Source: Chlamydiales bacterium
GTDB taxonomy: Bacteria; Chlamydiota; Chlamydiia; Chlamydiales; JAAZZY01
Reading direction: 5' to 3'
Length of the DNA stretch: 64,000 nucleotides
Assembly: GCA_965206695.1 (NCBI GenBank)
Contig: CBDBKM010000010.1
Location: forward strand, 384,001 to 448,000
Below, piece after piece: positions 10,442-25,816 of the stretch. Position numbers and translations under genes: made by a program. Numbering within the stretch: position 1 is the stretch's first letter; the number at the start of each line of letters is the position of its first letter. The notes under the pieces were generated by a model. That model did not search any database. It was not told the origin of the DNA and worked only from the letters and a program-made list of their open reading frames with translations.

Positions 10442-11233
10442 TTACCATTTTACTAAAGGCGGCATCGAACACAAGATAGCTTCCGGGTTGCCGCCTGAAT
10501 TAAAGCCAAAGCGGGTTCCTCTATCATAAAGTAAGTTAAATTCAACGTAATGGGCTCGTAATTTTAATTGGAGCTCTTTGTCAGCGTCAGTATAGGAAGC
10601 ATCACAGCGACGATTATAAATAGGAATTATGCTATCTAAAAAAGTGGTACCTATTTGTTTCCACATCGATAGATCTTTTTCAAAATCTCCGGAATTAAAA
10701 TGATCGAAAAAGATCCCGCCCACGCCTCTTTGCTTGTTATAATGAGGAATAAAAAAATAGTCTTCGGCGTTCTTTTTGAAGTCAGGATACAAATGTGTAC
10801 CAAAAGGATCTAATGTAGATTTAGCAATAGAGTGAAAATGTTCGGTATCCTCAACAAACGGAAACCCCATTGGAGTTAAATCGTAGCCACCGCCGAACCA
10901 ATATTGATCTTGAGTCTTAATGTAGCGAATATTCATGTGCACGGTTGGAGCTTTAGGGTTAGTCATGTGAGTGATTAAGCTAACACCTGTTGCATAAAAA
11001 GGCCCATGGGCATCATCCGTTGGGAATTGATCGCCGGCCACACCTGACCAATTTACAGCAGCTTTTTCAAACACATCACCTCTAATAACGCTCATTTCGC
11101 CACCACCAGTTTTTGAGAAATCCCATTCCTTTCTCTTGATTTTAGCTATAGGTTCAAAAGCTTCGAACGATTGTATAATAGTATCTCTTAAGGATTTTAA
11201 AAATGATTCGATTGGTTCACTCATATTATGCAC
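10442..11233 (-). CDS. hemF: Oxygen-dependent coproporphyrinogen III oxidase
   Basis: VFEKAAVN, PTVHMNIRY, WFGGGYDLTP, RGVGGIFFD, YVEFNLLYDRGTRFG. Confidence 0.96.
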   Translation of the reverse strand: MHNMSEPIESFLKSLRDTIIQSFEAFEPIAKIKRKEWDFSKTGGGEMSVIRGDVFEKAAVNWSGVAGDQFPTDDAHGPFYATGVSLITHMTNPKAPTVHMNIRYIKTQDQYWFGGGYDLTPMGFPFVEDTEHFHSIAKSTLDPFGTHLYPDFKKNAEDYFFIPHYNKQRGVGGIFFDHFNSGDFEKDLSMWKQIGTTFLDSIIPIYNRRCDASYTDADKELQLKLRAHYVEFNLLYDRGTRFGFNSGGNPEAILCSMPPLVKW

Positions 11234-11386
11234 CTCATATATGTTGATATATTCACCGGGTTTTACGCCAAGGAAGCTTTTTTTAGCAAAATCATCCTTT
11301 TCAATGTAAGGAATATAGAGATATTAAAAAAAATACTAATTGAATTTATATAAAAAAAATAAAATCAACAAAAATTTAAAAATTCC

Positions 11387-11414
11387 TTGCATAAATAATA
11401 CGATATTCTATATG
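11387..11414 (+). promoter_or_regulatory. Candidate sigma66 rRNA promoter
   Basis: TTGCAT-N16-TATATG preceded by an A-tract UP-like region, about 200 bp upstream of 16S. Confidence 0.4.
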
Positions 11415-11595
11415 TTTTTGCACACTTTAACGCAGAGAATTAATAAACGTTAAAAAGAAGCACCAAGAGTGTTTTTCAGTTGTTTTGACAGTGTTGTTTT
11501 TGACATTTATAAGAAAGCTTATGTGCGGCCTAAAAAAACAAGTCTAAAACTTGTTTTGAATGAAAGCAATTAATTGCTTTCGAACGAAGTTTATT

Positions 11596-13140
<1,545 letters not shown>

Positions 13141-13261
13141 AGAGGACAGTTTCTTCATTAATTTGAAGAAAACCAGGTTGGGACAAATTTTATTGTCTTG
13201 TTAATTAGGGCTGTACATGGGTTTTCTTATAGTGTCAACAACAACGCTTGACTATCTGTGC

Positions 13262-13334
13262 GGGGGTATAGCTCAGTTGGTAGAGCATCTGATTTGCATT
13301 CAGAAGGTCAGGAGTTCGAATCTCCTTGCCTCCA
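13262..13334 (+). tRNA. tRNA-Ala(TGC)
   Basis: Cloverleaf, anticodon arm TCTGA-TTTGCAT-TCAGA, G3:U70 pair, CCA not encoded. Confidence 0.96.
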
Positions 13335-13338
13335 GTCT

Positions 13339-13412
13339 GCGGTTATAGCTCAGCCGGTTAGAGCGCGACACTGATAATGTCGAGGTCCCAAGTTCAAGTC
13401 TTGGTAACCGCA
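13339..13412 (+). tRNA. tRNA-Ile(GAT)
   Basis: Acceptor GCGGTTA/TAACCGC, anticodon arm CGACA-CTGATAA-TGTCG. Confidence 0.96.
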
Positions 13413-13590
13413 TAATCAATTTACAGAATGATACTTTTAAGTATTATATTAGCTCTTTTGACAGTTTTGAGTAACAAGTAAAATAAAGTCGTAAATAATA
13501 CAATTTTACAAAAATGAGCCATTATTATTATTAATAGTGGGTGCTTGAGGATATTAATCGAATACTTTTTTTGGTTTAATTAATTTTTTT

Positions 13591-16543
<2,953 letters not shown>

Positions 16544-16669
16544 ATTTTTTTCTTCATCGGCGTTTTTAGCAGTAATGTTAATCATGTCAATGATGATGAG
16601 AGCCAAAATGGTATACGATATCTTCAAGCACTCACTATTGATAATAATTGTATTATCTAACGATTTTTT

Positions 16670-16783
16670 CTTGGTGATTATAGAGAAAGGGGTACACCTG
16701 ATTCCATCCCGAACTCAGAAGTTAAGTCTTTCATCGCCGATGGTACTGCACACAAGAGTGTGGAAGAGTAGGACGTTGCCAAG
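16670..16783 (+). rRNA. rrf: 5S rRNA
   Basis: CTTGGTG...CACCTGATTCCATCCCGAACTCAGAAGTTAAG...GCCAAG. Confidence 0.95.
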
Positions 16784-16794
16784 TTTTTTTTCAT

Positions 16795-16826
16795 GCTCAT
16801 CATAGCAATATGATGGGCTTTTTTTT
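16795..16826 (+). terminator. Intrinsic terminator of the rRNA operon
   Basis: GCTCATCATA-GCAA-TATGATGGGC hairpin followed by T8. Confidence 0.85.
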
Positions 16827-17055
16827 GTTATTCGAAATTGCCTGTAAATTTTTACGAATACTTTAAAGTGTTTTAAAGTTTATTGTTCGTTTTTTTCATG
16901 TAAAATATCCGAATGACACACTCACTTGATTTAATAAAACAAGCCTTAAAATATATGAAAAGCGAGGGAACACGACAAGAGGTAAAACTAAAAATAGTAT
17001 CCAATCAATTTCGTTTATCAAATCTAGAGTTAGATGGGATGGAGAGGCCTTTAAT

Positions 17056-17355
17056 ATGGCAAAGTCTAAAGAGCCATTAAAAATACGTTCAGCAGTAACG
17101 ATTACTAAAGATTAAATGTGAATAATATTTCATTCGGTAAAAAGTTAATTTCCCCTAAGCCATTTAAGCATTTTAAAAAGGAATTAAAAACGTTTAAGTA
17201 AATTTAAATCTAACAGCAATAAAAAAAGAATCAAAGTCGCCAAGAGTCATTCTAAAAATATAAGCAATGACTTTCATCGTAAACTTTCTAAAAAATTGAT
17301 TCGTGAAAACCAAGCAATTATAATTAAAGATTTAGATATCAAAAGTATGTTAAAC
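17056..17355 (+). pseudogene. tnpB: TnpB (IS605 OrfB) remnant
   Basis: NDFHRKLSKKLIRENQAIIIKDLDIKSML segment; otherwise decayed. Confidence 0.65.
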
Positions 17356-17433
17356 ACTCACCTTACGCACAGCTCCTACTAAGCAAGCTACAGAATCAAT
17401 CCTTTTTTACTAGAGTGCATGCGTAAGGTGAGT
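17356..17433. repeat. 78-bp MITE-like element with perfect 14-bp terminal inverted repeats
   Basis: ACTCACCTTACGCA ... TGCGTAAGGTGAGT; the same 14-mer recurs alone at 35831-35844. Confidence 0.7.
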
Positions 17434-17512
17434 TAATAACCATTAATCGTCTTTTTTTGTTTATCCGTGATTATAACAGAAAAAAGCATTAGCTATTTAG
17501 GGTTAGCAAGTA

Positions 17513-18604
17513 TCAACTTACTTCCATATTAAAGCTGCTGTTATCAATATCTTCTTGTAGCATTTTGTTACGTAAAGACTCTTTAAATCCGGACTCAAGA
17601 AGAGATTCCATATATTGGCCATATTCACCTAATGTTTTGGGCTTATATACAGAATTTCCCTGATCATCCGGATATTTAAACATCGTAATTTCGTATGATC
17701 CTTGATTCGAAACATCTTCTGAATTAACTGAAAAAGGAAGTAATGAGTTCAATAAGTTTTTTACTTTTTCTGTTGCTTTATCTAAACATTCTCTAGTTTC
17801 TTTTGAATCCGAATCTAGTTGGCTATAAGGAAGATGAAGCAACGTAAAATGCATATTAACGCTATATGGGGGGGTATCAACTTCCGGTCGGGGACGAATA
17901 ACAATGCCGTCTCTTTCTAAAGAGGCTCTTAAATTGCCTATTTGTTCAATCACATCTTTTGAAACACCTTTTATACCAAGAGCAATCCAAGGTTTAATAC
18001 CATTTCCAAAACGTTCAACTCTACAACTTAAATCCATTTTTCTTCCTTCAATATTAGATATAATAAAGGAATGGGCTCTTTCGTAAAACATAGCCACTTT
18101 TTCAAAAGTCATTCTATTCTGATAGGTATTGAAATAGGGCTTACTAATCCTTGCATCACAAGCAATGCTGATATGTGGAGATTCATCAATAACTAAACCG
18201 CATTCCTTTGCAATCTCTTGCAGTGTTTCATTTTTTGAAGATAGTTGTTTGATTAAATCAAAAAAAGGATGTCCATCCGTTTGCTCATTAGACATAGAAA
18301 TCATCAGACTAGGATACCCTCTACGGGAATCCCAGTGTTTACCGGGAACGTATTGCAATATATCATCTTTAGTGCTCCATTTACTAACAACAAATTTATC
18401 AAACATTTCGTCATAGAATTGCAAATGTTGTTTATCTATATCGTTCAAATTCCCTTTTGTAAGTAAAGAAGGTAAACTAGGATGATCTTTTAAAGTATTT
18501 TGCCAAATAGCTTGAACCTTGTTATCAATATCTTTCTTTTTAGTAATCATTATTGACTGATTTAAAGGATATATTTTAGGCTGATTTGAACAGATAGAAA
18601 TCAT
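17513..18604 (-). CDS. Hypothetical protein, candidate 2H (LigT-like) phosphoesterase
   Basis: 363-aa ORF with GGAG RBS; two H-hydrophobic-[ST]-hydrophobic motifs (PHISI, MHFTL) 108 aa apart. Confidence 0.55.
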   Translation of the reverse strand: MISICSNQPKIYPLNQSIMITKKKDIDNKVQAIWQNTLKDHPSLPSLLTKGNLNDIDKQHLQFYDEMFDKFVVSKWSTKDDILQYVPGKHWDSRRGYPSLMISMSNEQTDGHPFFDLIKQLSSKNETLQEIAKECGLVIDESPHISIACDARISKPYFNTYQNRMTFEKVAMFYERAHSFIISNIEGRKMDLSCRVERFGNGIKPWIALGIKGVSKDVIEQIGNLRASLERDGIVIRPRPEVDTPPYSVNMHFTLLHLPYSQLDSDSKETRECLDKATEKVKNLLNSLLPFSVNSEDVSNQGSYEITMFKYPDDQGNSVYKPKTLGEYGQYMESLLESGFKESLRNKMLQEDIDNSSFNMEVS

Positions 18605-18807
18605 TTGTTCTCCATTTATGTTTAGTTAACCGGATAATAAATAGTTTTATAAATACAATATTAAGGTCTTTGGTTTTTAAGAAACTGTGTTGAAAAAGTC
18701 CTAAGGGGTTTTGAAGAAATAGTTAAAAATAAAGAAATTTCTTGTCTTTTCATTTCAAAAAGAACGAAAGAATTGCACGATGTGCAAACGCAACTGAAGA
18801 GAATATA

Positions 18808-19106
18808 TTCGTATTGGAGGCTTATGATCTTGCCAAATATCGTATTTAGTTCACCGCTCTTTTCCTGCTTCTTCGCTGCTCCGTCTTTGCTAACCTATTT
18901 TGGGCGACGCTCAGGAATTATTTACAACTCCACAGGCACTCTACCACTCACGCAGCGGATCAGATTTAAAAATCAACCAAACTATAGCATACGAGGCTAT
19001 TTTAATAGAGGAAAAGATCGCATAGCCCAACTAAAATTAAATGCCTCTCAAACTCTCCGGCGTCGCAACCGAGTTTGGGGGGTCGACTACATCCGTGCAG
19101 TCTTCA
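18808..19106 (-). repeat. ~300-bp non-coding dispersed element, copy 2
   Basis: Reverse complement of 8867-9166 with scattered differences. Confidence 0.85.
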
Positions 19107-19223
19107 TAGAAGTCTGATAAAAAAAGGAAGTATAACTTTTCTTGTTGATCCAAAAGCTTTTAAAAAAATCTGAAATTTTCAACCTAAATCAAGGGGGGAG
19201 GCCAAGCGATAAGATATTCTTAT

Positions 19224-19420
19224 GACAATTAAGCGAGAAAACCCACCTTTTTAAGGGTGGGATGAAAGCGTCTACTTATTTTTCTGGTTTTGTATATATT
19301 TTCTAATCGTGTATTCATTCAACTTACCAACACTGTCAACATAATATGATCGAGTCCATAGGGTATGTATTCTTGTCCTTAAAGTTTTAAATTCTTTTCT
19401 CAATATGCTACTGGTATATC
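19224..19420. mobile_element. tnpA: IS200/IS605 left end plus 3' fragment of tnpA (minus strand)
   Basis: TTAT|GACAATTAAGCGAG...CCCACCTTTTTAAGGGTGGG hairpin; minus strand reads LWTRSYYVDSVGKLNEYTIRKYIQNQKNK*. Confidence 0.8.
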
Positions 19421-19473
19421 ATTTGAATAGTTGCTATGATACATTCAAATAATATCCAGTGGGTTAGCGAATA

Positions 19474-20094
19474 ATGAATGAATCACGTAAAAAAATTACA
19501 TATCAAAGAGTGTTAGCTTATTTACTTCAAGATAGGCTCATCTCTTGCTATAATGACTTGAAGCAAAAACAGTATCAGAATCTCGATTCTATAACTGGAA
19601 GAACAGCTTGGTGTGATTTCTCTGGAGGAGATGAGTGGGGAGAGGTCTCATTAGTGTATCAAGAAGACTTACCTGTGCGATGCTTGTGGAACATGTTATT
19701 TTCGATTGATGATATCGATGCAACTCAAAAAAAATATCAAATTGAAATAGATCCTAAGTCGATACCCTCTTCGCATGAAACGGAATCCCCGACTATAAAA
19801 ATTGAAACGCAATCTGCAATTGAAATAAGTTTAGAAAAAAAACTCAATAAAAAATATCCTTATGAAAAGGAAGGGTTTCCATGCAAAGGGACTCTGATTT
19901 TAGGAATTTCGGATCCAACGTTTAGTGGATTTACTAATAATCTTGAGATTAGACATGGAGTATTAGATCTTGAAGCTCTAAAGACAATTACCAAAAAGCT
20001 TTCTTTGAACAGTTGTTTTGAAAGGGTATTGCTAGTGAATAGTTTAGTCCCATTTGATCAAAATCCCGAAAATGATACCTATCCACTTTTGTGA
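19474..20094 (+). CDS. Hypothetical protein
   Basis: 206-aa ORF, no family recognised. Confidence 0.6.
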   Translation: MNESRKKITYQRVLAYLLQDRLISCYNDLKQKQYQNLDSITGRTAWCDFSGGDEWGEVSLVYQEDLPVRCLWNMLFSIDDIDATQKKYQIEIDPKSIPSSHETESPTIKIETQSAIEISLEKKLNKKYPYEKEGFPCKGTLILGISDPTFSGFTNNLEIRHGVLDLEALKTITKKLSLNSCFERVLLVNSLVPFDQNPENDTYPLL

Positions 20095-20608
20095 AATATT
20101 ACTGGGGCACCCAATCTCACCAATGGTAAAGCCAAAAGATCGAAAGGGTAATGTTTTCTGAAGGTGTTTGTAAGAGTATTTTTACTTAAATTGTGTAAAA
20201 CAGATGGAAACTCTTAAGAAAAAGGAATTTAATAAACATGCTTTCATTCAATATAGAGCTTTAAAACAAACCTACAGGTCAGGCCTCTTTTTCTTAAGAT
20301 TAGCTATATAGCTTTATACCATCTATTAATTCATTTCATAATAGTTATATTCTCCAGGGTCGTAATTATAAGACTCTAATTCCTTATACGGCTGTGTTTC
20401 AAAAGTGCCAGAGGAAACTTGCAAAAATAGGCTATAAAAATAAGAAAAATTATTTTTTGTTGTATGGATAAAGAAATTTTTTTTAAAGATTAGAAGGTTT
20501 ATTAAAGTTTATGCAACAGGTTGCACAATTAATATCTACACCTGCTTACAATGTTCACAAACATAGTATTTATTAAATAATAAACCAATTAAATAATAAA
20601 TTAATATT

Positions 20609-21015
20609 ATGAAAAATAACAAATTATTTCTCGCTCCAAAAAACAATAAAACTAGCAGAGAAAATTTTCAAGCTAATCTCGAAAATGGTTATCCTCATCA
20701 TGAAGTAGAGAAGTTTTTATATAACGAAGAAAAAGAAATAATCAAAGGAAAAAATAAGCTCTATATTTGGGGTAATCAAAAAGCAAAACAACAATCCTGG
20801 GATAAATTAGAAGTTGGTGATTTTATAGCTTTTTATACAAAAGGCATATTTACACATTATGGGAAATGTATTTTAAAAAAACACTCCAAGGCTTTAGCAC
20901 AATTTCTATGGGGGAAAAGTAGCAAACAAAAACTAACTTGGGAGTATACATTTTTTATAGATGAGATAAGACCAACTTCTATACCACTATCAGTAATCAT
21001 TGATTTAGGCAAATA
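20609..21015 (+). pseudogene. EVE/PUA-like domain protein truncated by IS630
   Basis: YIWG...SWDKLEVGDFIAFY...HYGKC pattern; the ORF runs into the IS630 end at 21016. Confidence 0.5.
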
Positions 21016-21305
21016 TAGTCATTTAATTTTATATTGATAAGATTGCTTGATCAATGGCGAATGTAAAATTCGTAACTTTTCGTAATATCTCTCTAACTTT
21101 ATTTTTCATATTAGCCCAATATTTTTCTATAGGATTTAAGTCCGGAGAATATGGAGGAAGAAACATAAGCTTACAACCGGCAGATTCTACTGTTTTCCTG
21201 CTTTCCGCTGACTTGTGAAAACCGGCATTGTCAAGAATAAGAACACTACCGGGTGTAAGCTGAGGAGTCAAAACTTCCTTAAGCCAAATATTGAATAACC
21301 CGGTA
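21016..21305 (-). mobile_element. IS630 type B, 3' fragment truncated by IS30
   Basis: Near-identical to the 3' end of 24882-25816, including the IR TAGTCATTTAATTTT. Confidence 0.9.
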
Positions 21306-22425
21306 TGTCCTTTTCAACTATGAAGTGCAACAAACTTGTACTCTATTATAGCACAAATTCTTCGGATTGAAAACCTCTATAGGTGTTTTAAAATTCAAAC
21401 TTTTTCCGGGTCTTTCATTAAGCAGTTTTTCTATCTCTTTTACATCCTCTTGTGTCACATTATTAAAGTTTGTTTTCTTAGGCAAATACTGTCTAACTAA
21501 CCCATTCGTATGTTCATTCAACCCTCTTTCCCGGGAATGATAGGGTTTAGCAAAATAAAACTCTGCTTTGAGTGTTGAAGTTACTTCTTGATGCCGAGAA
21601 AACTCTAAACCATTATCTGCTGTTAATGTGTGAACTCTATCCTTAACAGGCTTTAAACAGGTAATTAAAGCATCGGCAACACCGAGGGCTTGTTTAGACT
21701 TTACCTTCATAAGCATCGTATATTTAGAAGCACGATCAACAATAGAAACAATCACTCCTTGATGATTTTTGCCTATTATCGTATCTAATTCAAAATCTCC
21801 TATTCTTGTTTTTTCATCGACAATACAAGGTCTTTTATCAATATCGACTCTATTGGGAATACAGCCTCGGCCTGCTTTATCTGAACCTCGCTTTTTATAC
21901 TTCTTACCTTTGTGTCTTAAATTTTTATATAAATTGCCCCAATTTCGTTTATCTTTCCAAATATGACGATAAATACTTTCGTGGCTGATAAGCAGGCCTT
22001 CTTCTTCTTTCAATCGACCGGATATTTGAACAGGACTCCATTGAAGCAGTAATTTACTTTCTATCTTCATAATGTAGTTCAGGGGTCATTTTCTTTGTTT
22101 TACTGCTCGCTTTTGAACGCCTTCTTTTAGTTTTGATTTGTGCTGCAAAATAGATATATCTGCCTTCATAGCTATTTCTTTTTAACTCTCGATAAACAGT
22201 AGTTTTATTAACATTTAATTCCTGCGAAATAGAATCAACAGAATCTCCTCTTTTTTTTAAAGTACATATTTGGCACCTTTGTTCGTAGGTTAAATGCCGG
22301 TAGCCTTTAGGCATAAAAAAATCCCTCCATAGTTTTTTTTTGCAAAAATTTACTATAGAGATTTTGCCGGCATTTGGCCATTTTCAAATTCTTCCTATTT
22401 GTTGCACTTCAATGTTGAAAGGGCG
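21306..22425 (-). mobile_element. IS30-family element, transposase frameshifted (ORFs 22054-22314 and 21318-22070)
   Basis: IRs CGCCCTTTCAACATTGAAGTGCAACA / TGTCCTTTTCAACTATGAAGTGCAACA; GDFELDT and TADNG motifs; one extra T near 22073 relative to the copy at 44847-45895. Confidence 0.92.
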
Positions 22426-22430
22426 GGTCT

Positions 22431-22597
22431 TTAAATCTCATCGTGTGCGCATTTTTTTAGGTGGTTTCATGGGGGGTATTTTGAGTATATTTTTATCTAT
22501 TACGGTAATAGGATGGCTTCTTTGGATGCCCGCTATGTTTGCCGGGGCCATTATCCGAGTAGATGGCTGGTATCAAAATAACGATATATCTACCTAA
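22431..22597 (+). pseudogene. C-terminal fragment of a membrane protein (EI24/CysZ-like?)
   Basis: IFLGGFMGGILSIFLSITVIGWLLWMPAMFAGAI...*; its 5' part is replaced by IS30. Confidence 0.35.
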
Positions 22598-22618
22598 ATC
22601 TAAATCTTTTGATTTTGT

Positions 22619-23050
22619 ATATACTCTTCGCTACTGAAAGGTACACAAAAAAGTCATAAATATGATATTAGTGTTGCATGAACCAATTAACTCCAAATCA
22701 AAGAAGCACTTTTGAATTTCGAGTAAAAAAGACCCGTGATATTAATGATACATTTCAAGTGCCGGAACTCAATCCTGTCCGGCTTCCAATGTGAATGAGT
22801 ATATACAGCTCGCAGCTGAATCAGAAAATTCATCTTGAAGGACAATGAATATGATTAATAATAATTTTTTGAAAATTATCGTTAATTCTTTGACCTAATT
22901 GCTCTTTCATTTTTGGGATTTCTTCAAAACAGAACGTTCGGATAGTGTCACTGAAGTCAATAAATTTCTCGTAGCACTTATTGTAAGTTTTTTTCTCCCT
23001 CATCACCTTCCGGAACCTCTCTATTGGATTCAAATGGGGCGAGTACGGAG
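22619..23050. mobile_element. IS630 remnants (a left end on plus, a transposase C-terminus on minus)
   Basis: 22620-22750 matches 39679-39800; minus strand PYSPHLNPIERFRKVM...RINDNF. Confidence 0.7.
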
Positions 23051-23453
23051 CTGTCAAACTCGTTGATCCAATATATAGTCCTCTGATAGAGAGGATGGAG
23101 CTGCTATAGATAAAGCAGCGTTGAGCAAACAACTGATTGATGGTGAAGACATTGTATTTTCTCCTTAAAAATGCCACCACCTTGCACCTTAATTTAACTA
23201 ATAAACCTGACAGTTTATTAGTTGTTTTCTATAATTTACAATAGATGTGTGCTTTATAAGAATTTTAACTTAAAATGCTTATTGGTTATTTTAATTATTC
23301 ATAAGTGTATTTAATAAATAAGTCTAATATTCGGGTTACGAGGAGCCTCATCATTCAATCAAATCCCAAGAAGCTACAAAAAACAATTTGCCTAAAGCAC
23401 TACGGATATCATAGTATCCAAAATTTGTGATTCTTATGATTTAGTTAAGTGCT

Positions 23454-23959
23454 ATGCGTTTATTTTTCAGGTGCTCTATTTTTCTTACTGTTGCTTTGTC
23501 TCTTGCAAGCTGTGGCCCAAGAGGAGCTCCTCGCGCGCCAAGAAGTCAATTAGAAATCCGTCAGATGCAGACCCATGTCTTTGATACGAGTGACTTCAAG
23601 TTAGTTATGAAAGCAATGTTAAATGTATTGCAAGATGAAGGATATGTCGTCCACTAATGTAGATTTAAATTTAGGTTTTCTATCAGCTACGAAGGAAATA
23701 GACGTCGCGCCTAATTCTAGATACCGGGATTACCTTCCATGGAGATGAGGGGCGCTGGATAAAACAGCAAGTCATTAGTGTTACGGCTAATATTAGTGAA
23801 TATGGTGACAGCACTCGCGTAAGATTAAATTTTCAAGCTAAAGAAGTCGATAACGTGGGAATTGTTCAAGCTATTCAACAAGTTCAAGAACCTTTGTTTT
23901 ATCAGAACTTCTTTTCTAAAGTCAGCAAAAGTATCTTTATACAACAGGAGAATATATGA
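23454..23959 (+). pseudogene. Lipoprotein with two +1 frameshifts (near 23651 and 23734)
   Basis: Lipobox LASC; the corrected frame continues VVTNVDLNLGFLSATKE...VTANISEYGDSTRVRLNF...YQNFFSKVSKSIFIQQENI*. Confidence 0.65.
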
Positions 23960-24349
23960 AAAAGAGTCTGTTATTATTAGCCTTATTATCTTGTTTAACC
24001 GCTTGTTCTCAACGCAGAGGTTATGACGACTCTCAATCTGAAGAATTCACCTTAGGATACGTCCAGCGCAAAATATATAAAGGTATGCCTCAAACAGAGG
24101 TAGCTCAAGCTTTAGGGTCACCCAAATATTGTTACCCGCGATAGCTCCGGGAGAGGAGCATGGGTCTATGACAAAATAGGCACTGAAGTTTCTTACTCTT
24201 CTCAAGGGGGGGGGATCTGGTTGATCATTTTTGGGTATGGAGGGAACTCCGGCGAAGCCGGAAGCATCCAAAAAACTCTCACAGTCGTTATTAAATTCAA
24301 CGATGATCATGAAGTTGAAGATGTAACGTATCATGCTAGTAAATTCTAA
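23956..24349 (+). pseudogene. BamE/SmpA-like outer-membrane lipoprotein with a +1 frameshift near 24123
   Basis: Lipobox LTAC; corrected KGMPQTEVAQALGSPNIVTRD...WVYDK...LTVVIKFNDDHEVEDVTYHASKF*. Confidence 0.7.
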
Positions 24350-24422
24350 TTATTAAATTTTTTTGTTAATTAACCGTATTTTTTATAGTTTCTTGCGATT
24401 TAGTTTATAAATTAGTATTTAA

Positions 24423-24879
24423 CAGGAGTTTCGCGCTACAAAAGTGTGTTATTAAAATAATTGTTTAAATGATTTTTTCAATCAGGGTATGATTTTTCTC
24501 TTTTATTGGGGAAAAAATGCCGTTACATACATGCACAAAAGAATGATAAAGCACCTTCATTCAAGCAAGCAGTATGAGATATTTCGGGCTTGCGATATCA
24601 GAAGTTTGTCCTGATACATTGTCATATGACAGCATTAGCCGCCGGTTAAAGGATACAAAATTTCAACCTAAAGAAATTTTTGAAACCGTAAAGCACTATG
24701 TCAATAGGGATGAGGTATGTGTACTTATTGTGGACGATACCGGTCTTTCAAAAACGCACAGTAAAAAAATAGAGATTATAAATGACCAATATTCCGGGCA
24801 TGTACATGAGGTTGTAGCAGGAATCGGTTGGGTCAATCTTTTATGGTATGGGATACACTCGGAGCAATACGGTAGAATG
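24423..24879 (+). mobile_element. IS701-family 5' fragment, truncated by IS630
   Basis: LSYDSISR, VLIVDDT, YSGHVHEVVAGIGWVNLLW. Confidence 0.75.
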
Positions 24880-24881
24880 TA

Positions 24882-25816
24882 TAGTATTTTAATTTTTATT
24901 TGATAATATGTTATCCTTCTTTTTTTATACAAACAGTAAGGACAAAACAATGCCTAGAGCCTATTCAGTAGATCTTCGAGAGAAAGTATTACAACATATA
25001 GAAAAACATCATGATAAAAAAACAGCCGGCCATATTTTTCAAGTAGATATCGCAACAATATATCGATGGAACTTGCAAAAAAAGCAAAAAGGACATTTAA
25101 AGCCAATCCGCAGAAAATATGCTTATAAGAAATTAGATGATGAGTTGTTATCTAAATATGTAGAAAAACATCCGGATTATTTTTTATCGGAAATTGCTGA
25201 TTATTTTTCAGTCACTCCGCAAACGATTTTTTATGCCCTTAAAAGATTAAAAATTACACGAAAAAAAAAACTACTCGCTATAAGGAAAGAGATGAAAAGA
25301 AACGGGAAGCTTTTATGAAAGATTTAAAAAATATTCCCTTTGACAAGAGAATTTATCTCGATGAAACCGGGATTCATCAATTTTTATTTCGTGAGTCCGG
25401 AAGAAGCTTACGCGGCAAAAGAGTTTTTGGAGCGGTTTCAGGAAACCGCTTTATAAGGCAAAATATTATTTCAGCCCTATCTAAAGGGCAGTTTTTATCT
25501 CCAATGTGTTTTGAAGGTACTTGTAATACCGGGTTATTCAATATTTGGCTTAAGGAAGTTTTGACTCCTCAGCTTACACCCGGTAGTGTTCTTATTCTTG
25601 ACAATGCCGGTTTTCACAAGTCAGCGGAAAGCAGGAAAACAGTAGAATCTGCCGGTTGTAAGCTTATGTTTCTTCCTCCATATTCTCCGGACTTAAATCC
25701 TATAGAAAAATATTGGGCTAATATGAAAAATAAAGTTAGAGAGATATTACGAAAAGTTACGAATTTTAAATTCGCCATTGATCAAGCAATCTTATCAATG
25801 TAAAATTAAATGACTA
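24882..25816 (+). mobile_element. IS630 type B, 935 bp, two ORFs joined by a -1 frameshift at A10 (25261-25270)
   Basis: IRs TAGTATTTTAATTTT / AAAATTAAATGACTA, TA flanks; MPRAYSVDLR start at 24950; YLDETG, ILDNA, YSPDLNPIE. Confidence 0.93.

Noticed and set aside
18773..19117. ORFs 18773-19117 and 8948-9208 as a protein family
   Set aside because: They overlap the 300-bp repeat, differ in start, frame and end between copies, and resemble no protein I recognise.
21531..21534. CGG reassigned to Trp, or RNA editing, to explain Arg at conserved Trp positions
   Set aside because: Intact genes keep TGG in the same context (sctV FW, ROK kinase CW), and the change also hits Leu and Gln codons and rRNA, which fits DNA-level mutation better.
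22340..22597. 85-aa ORF as a real gene
   Set aside because: Chimera of the IS30 end and a downstream gene fragment; ORF 22830-23180 is a similar chimera.
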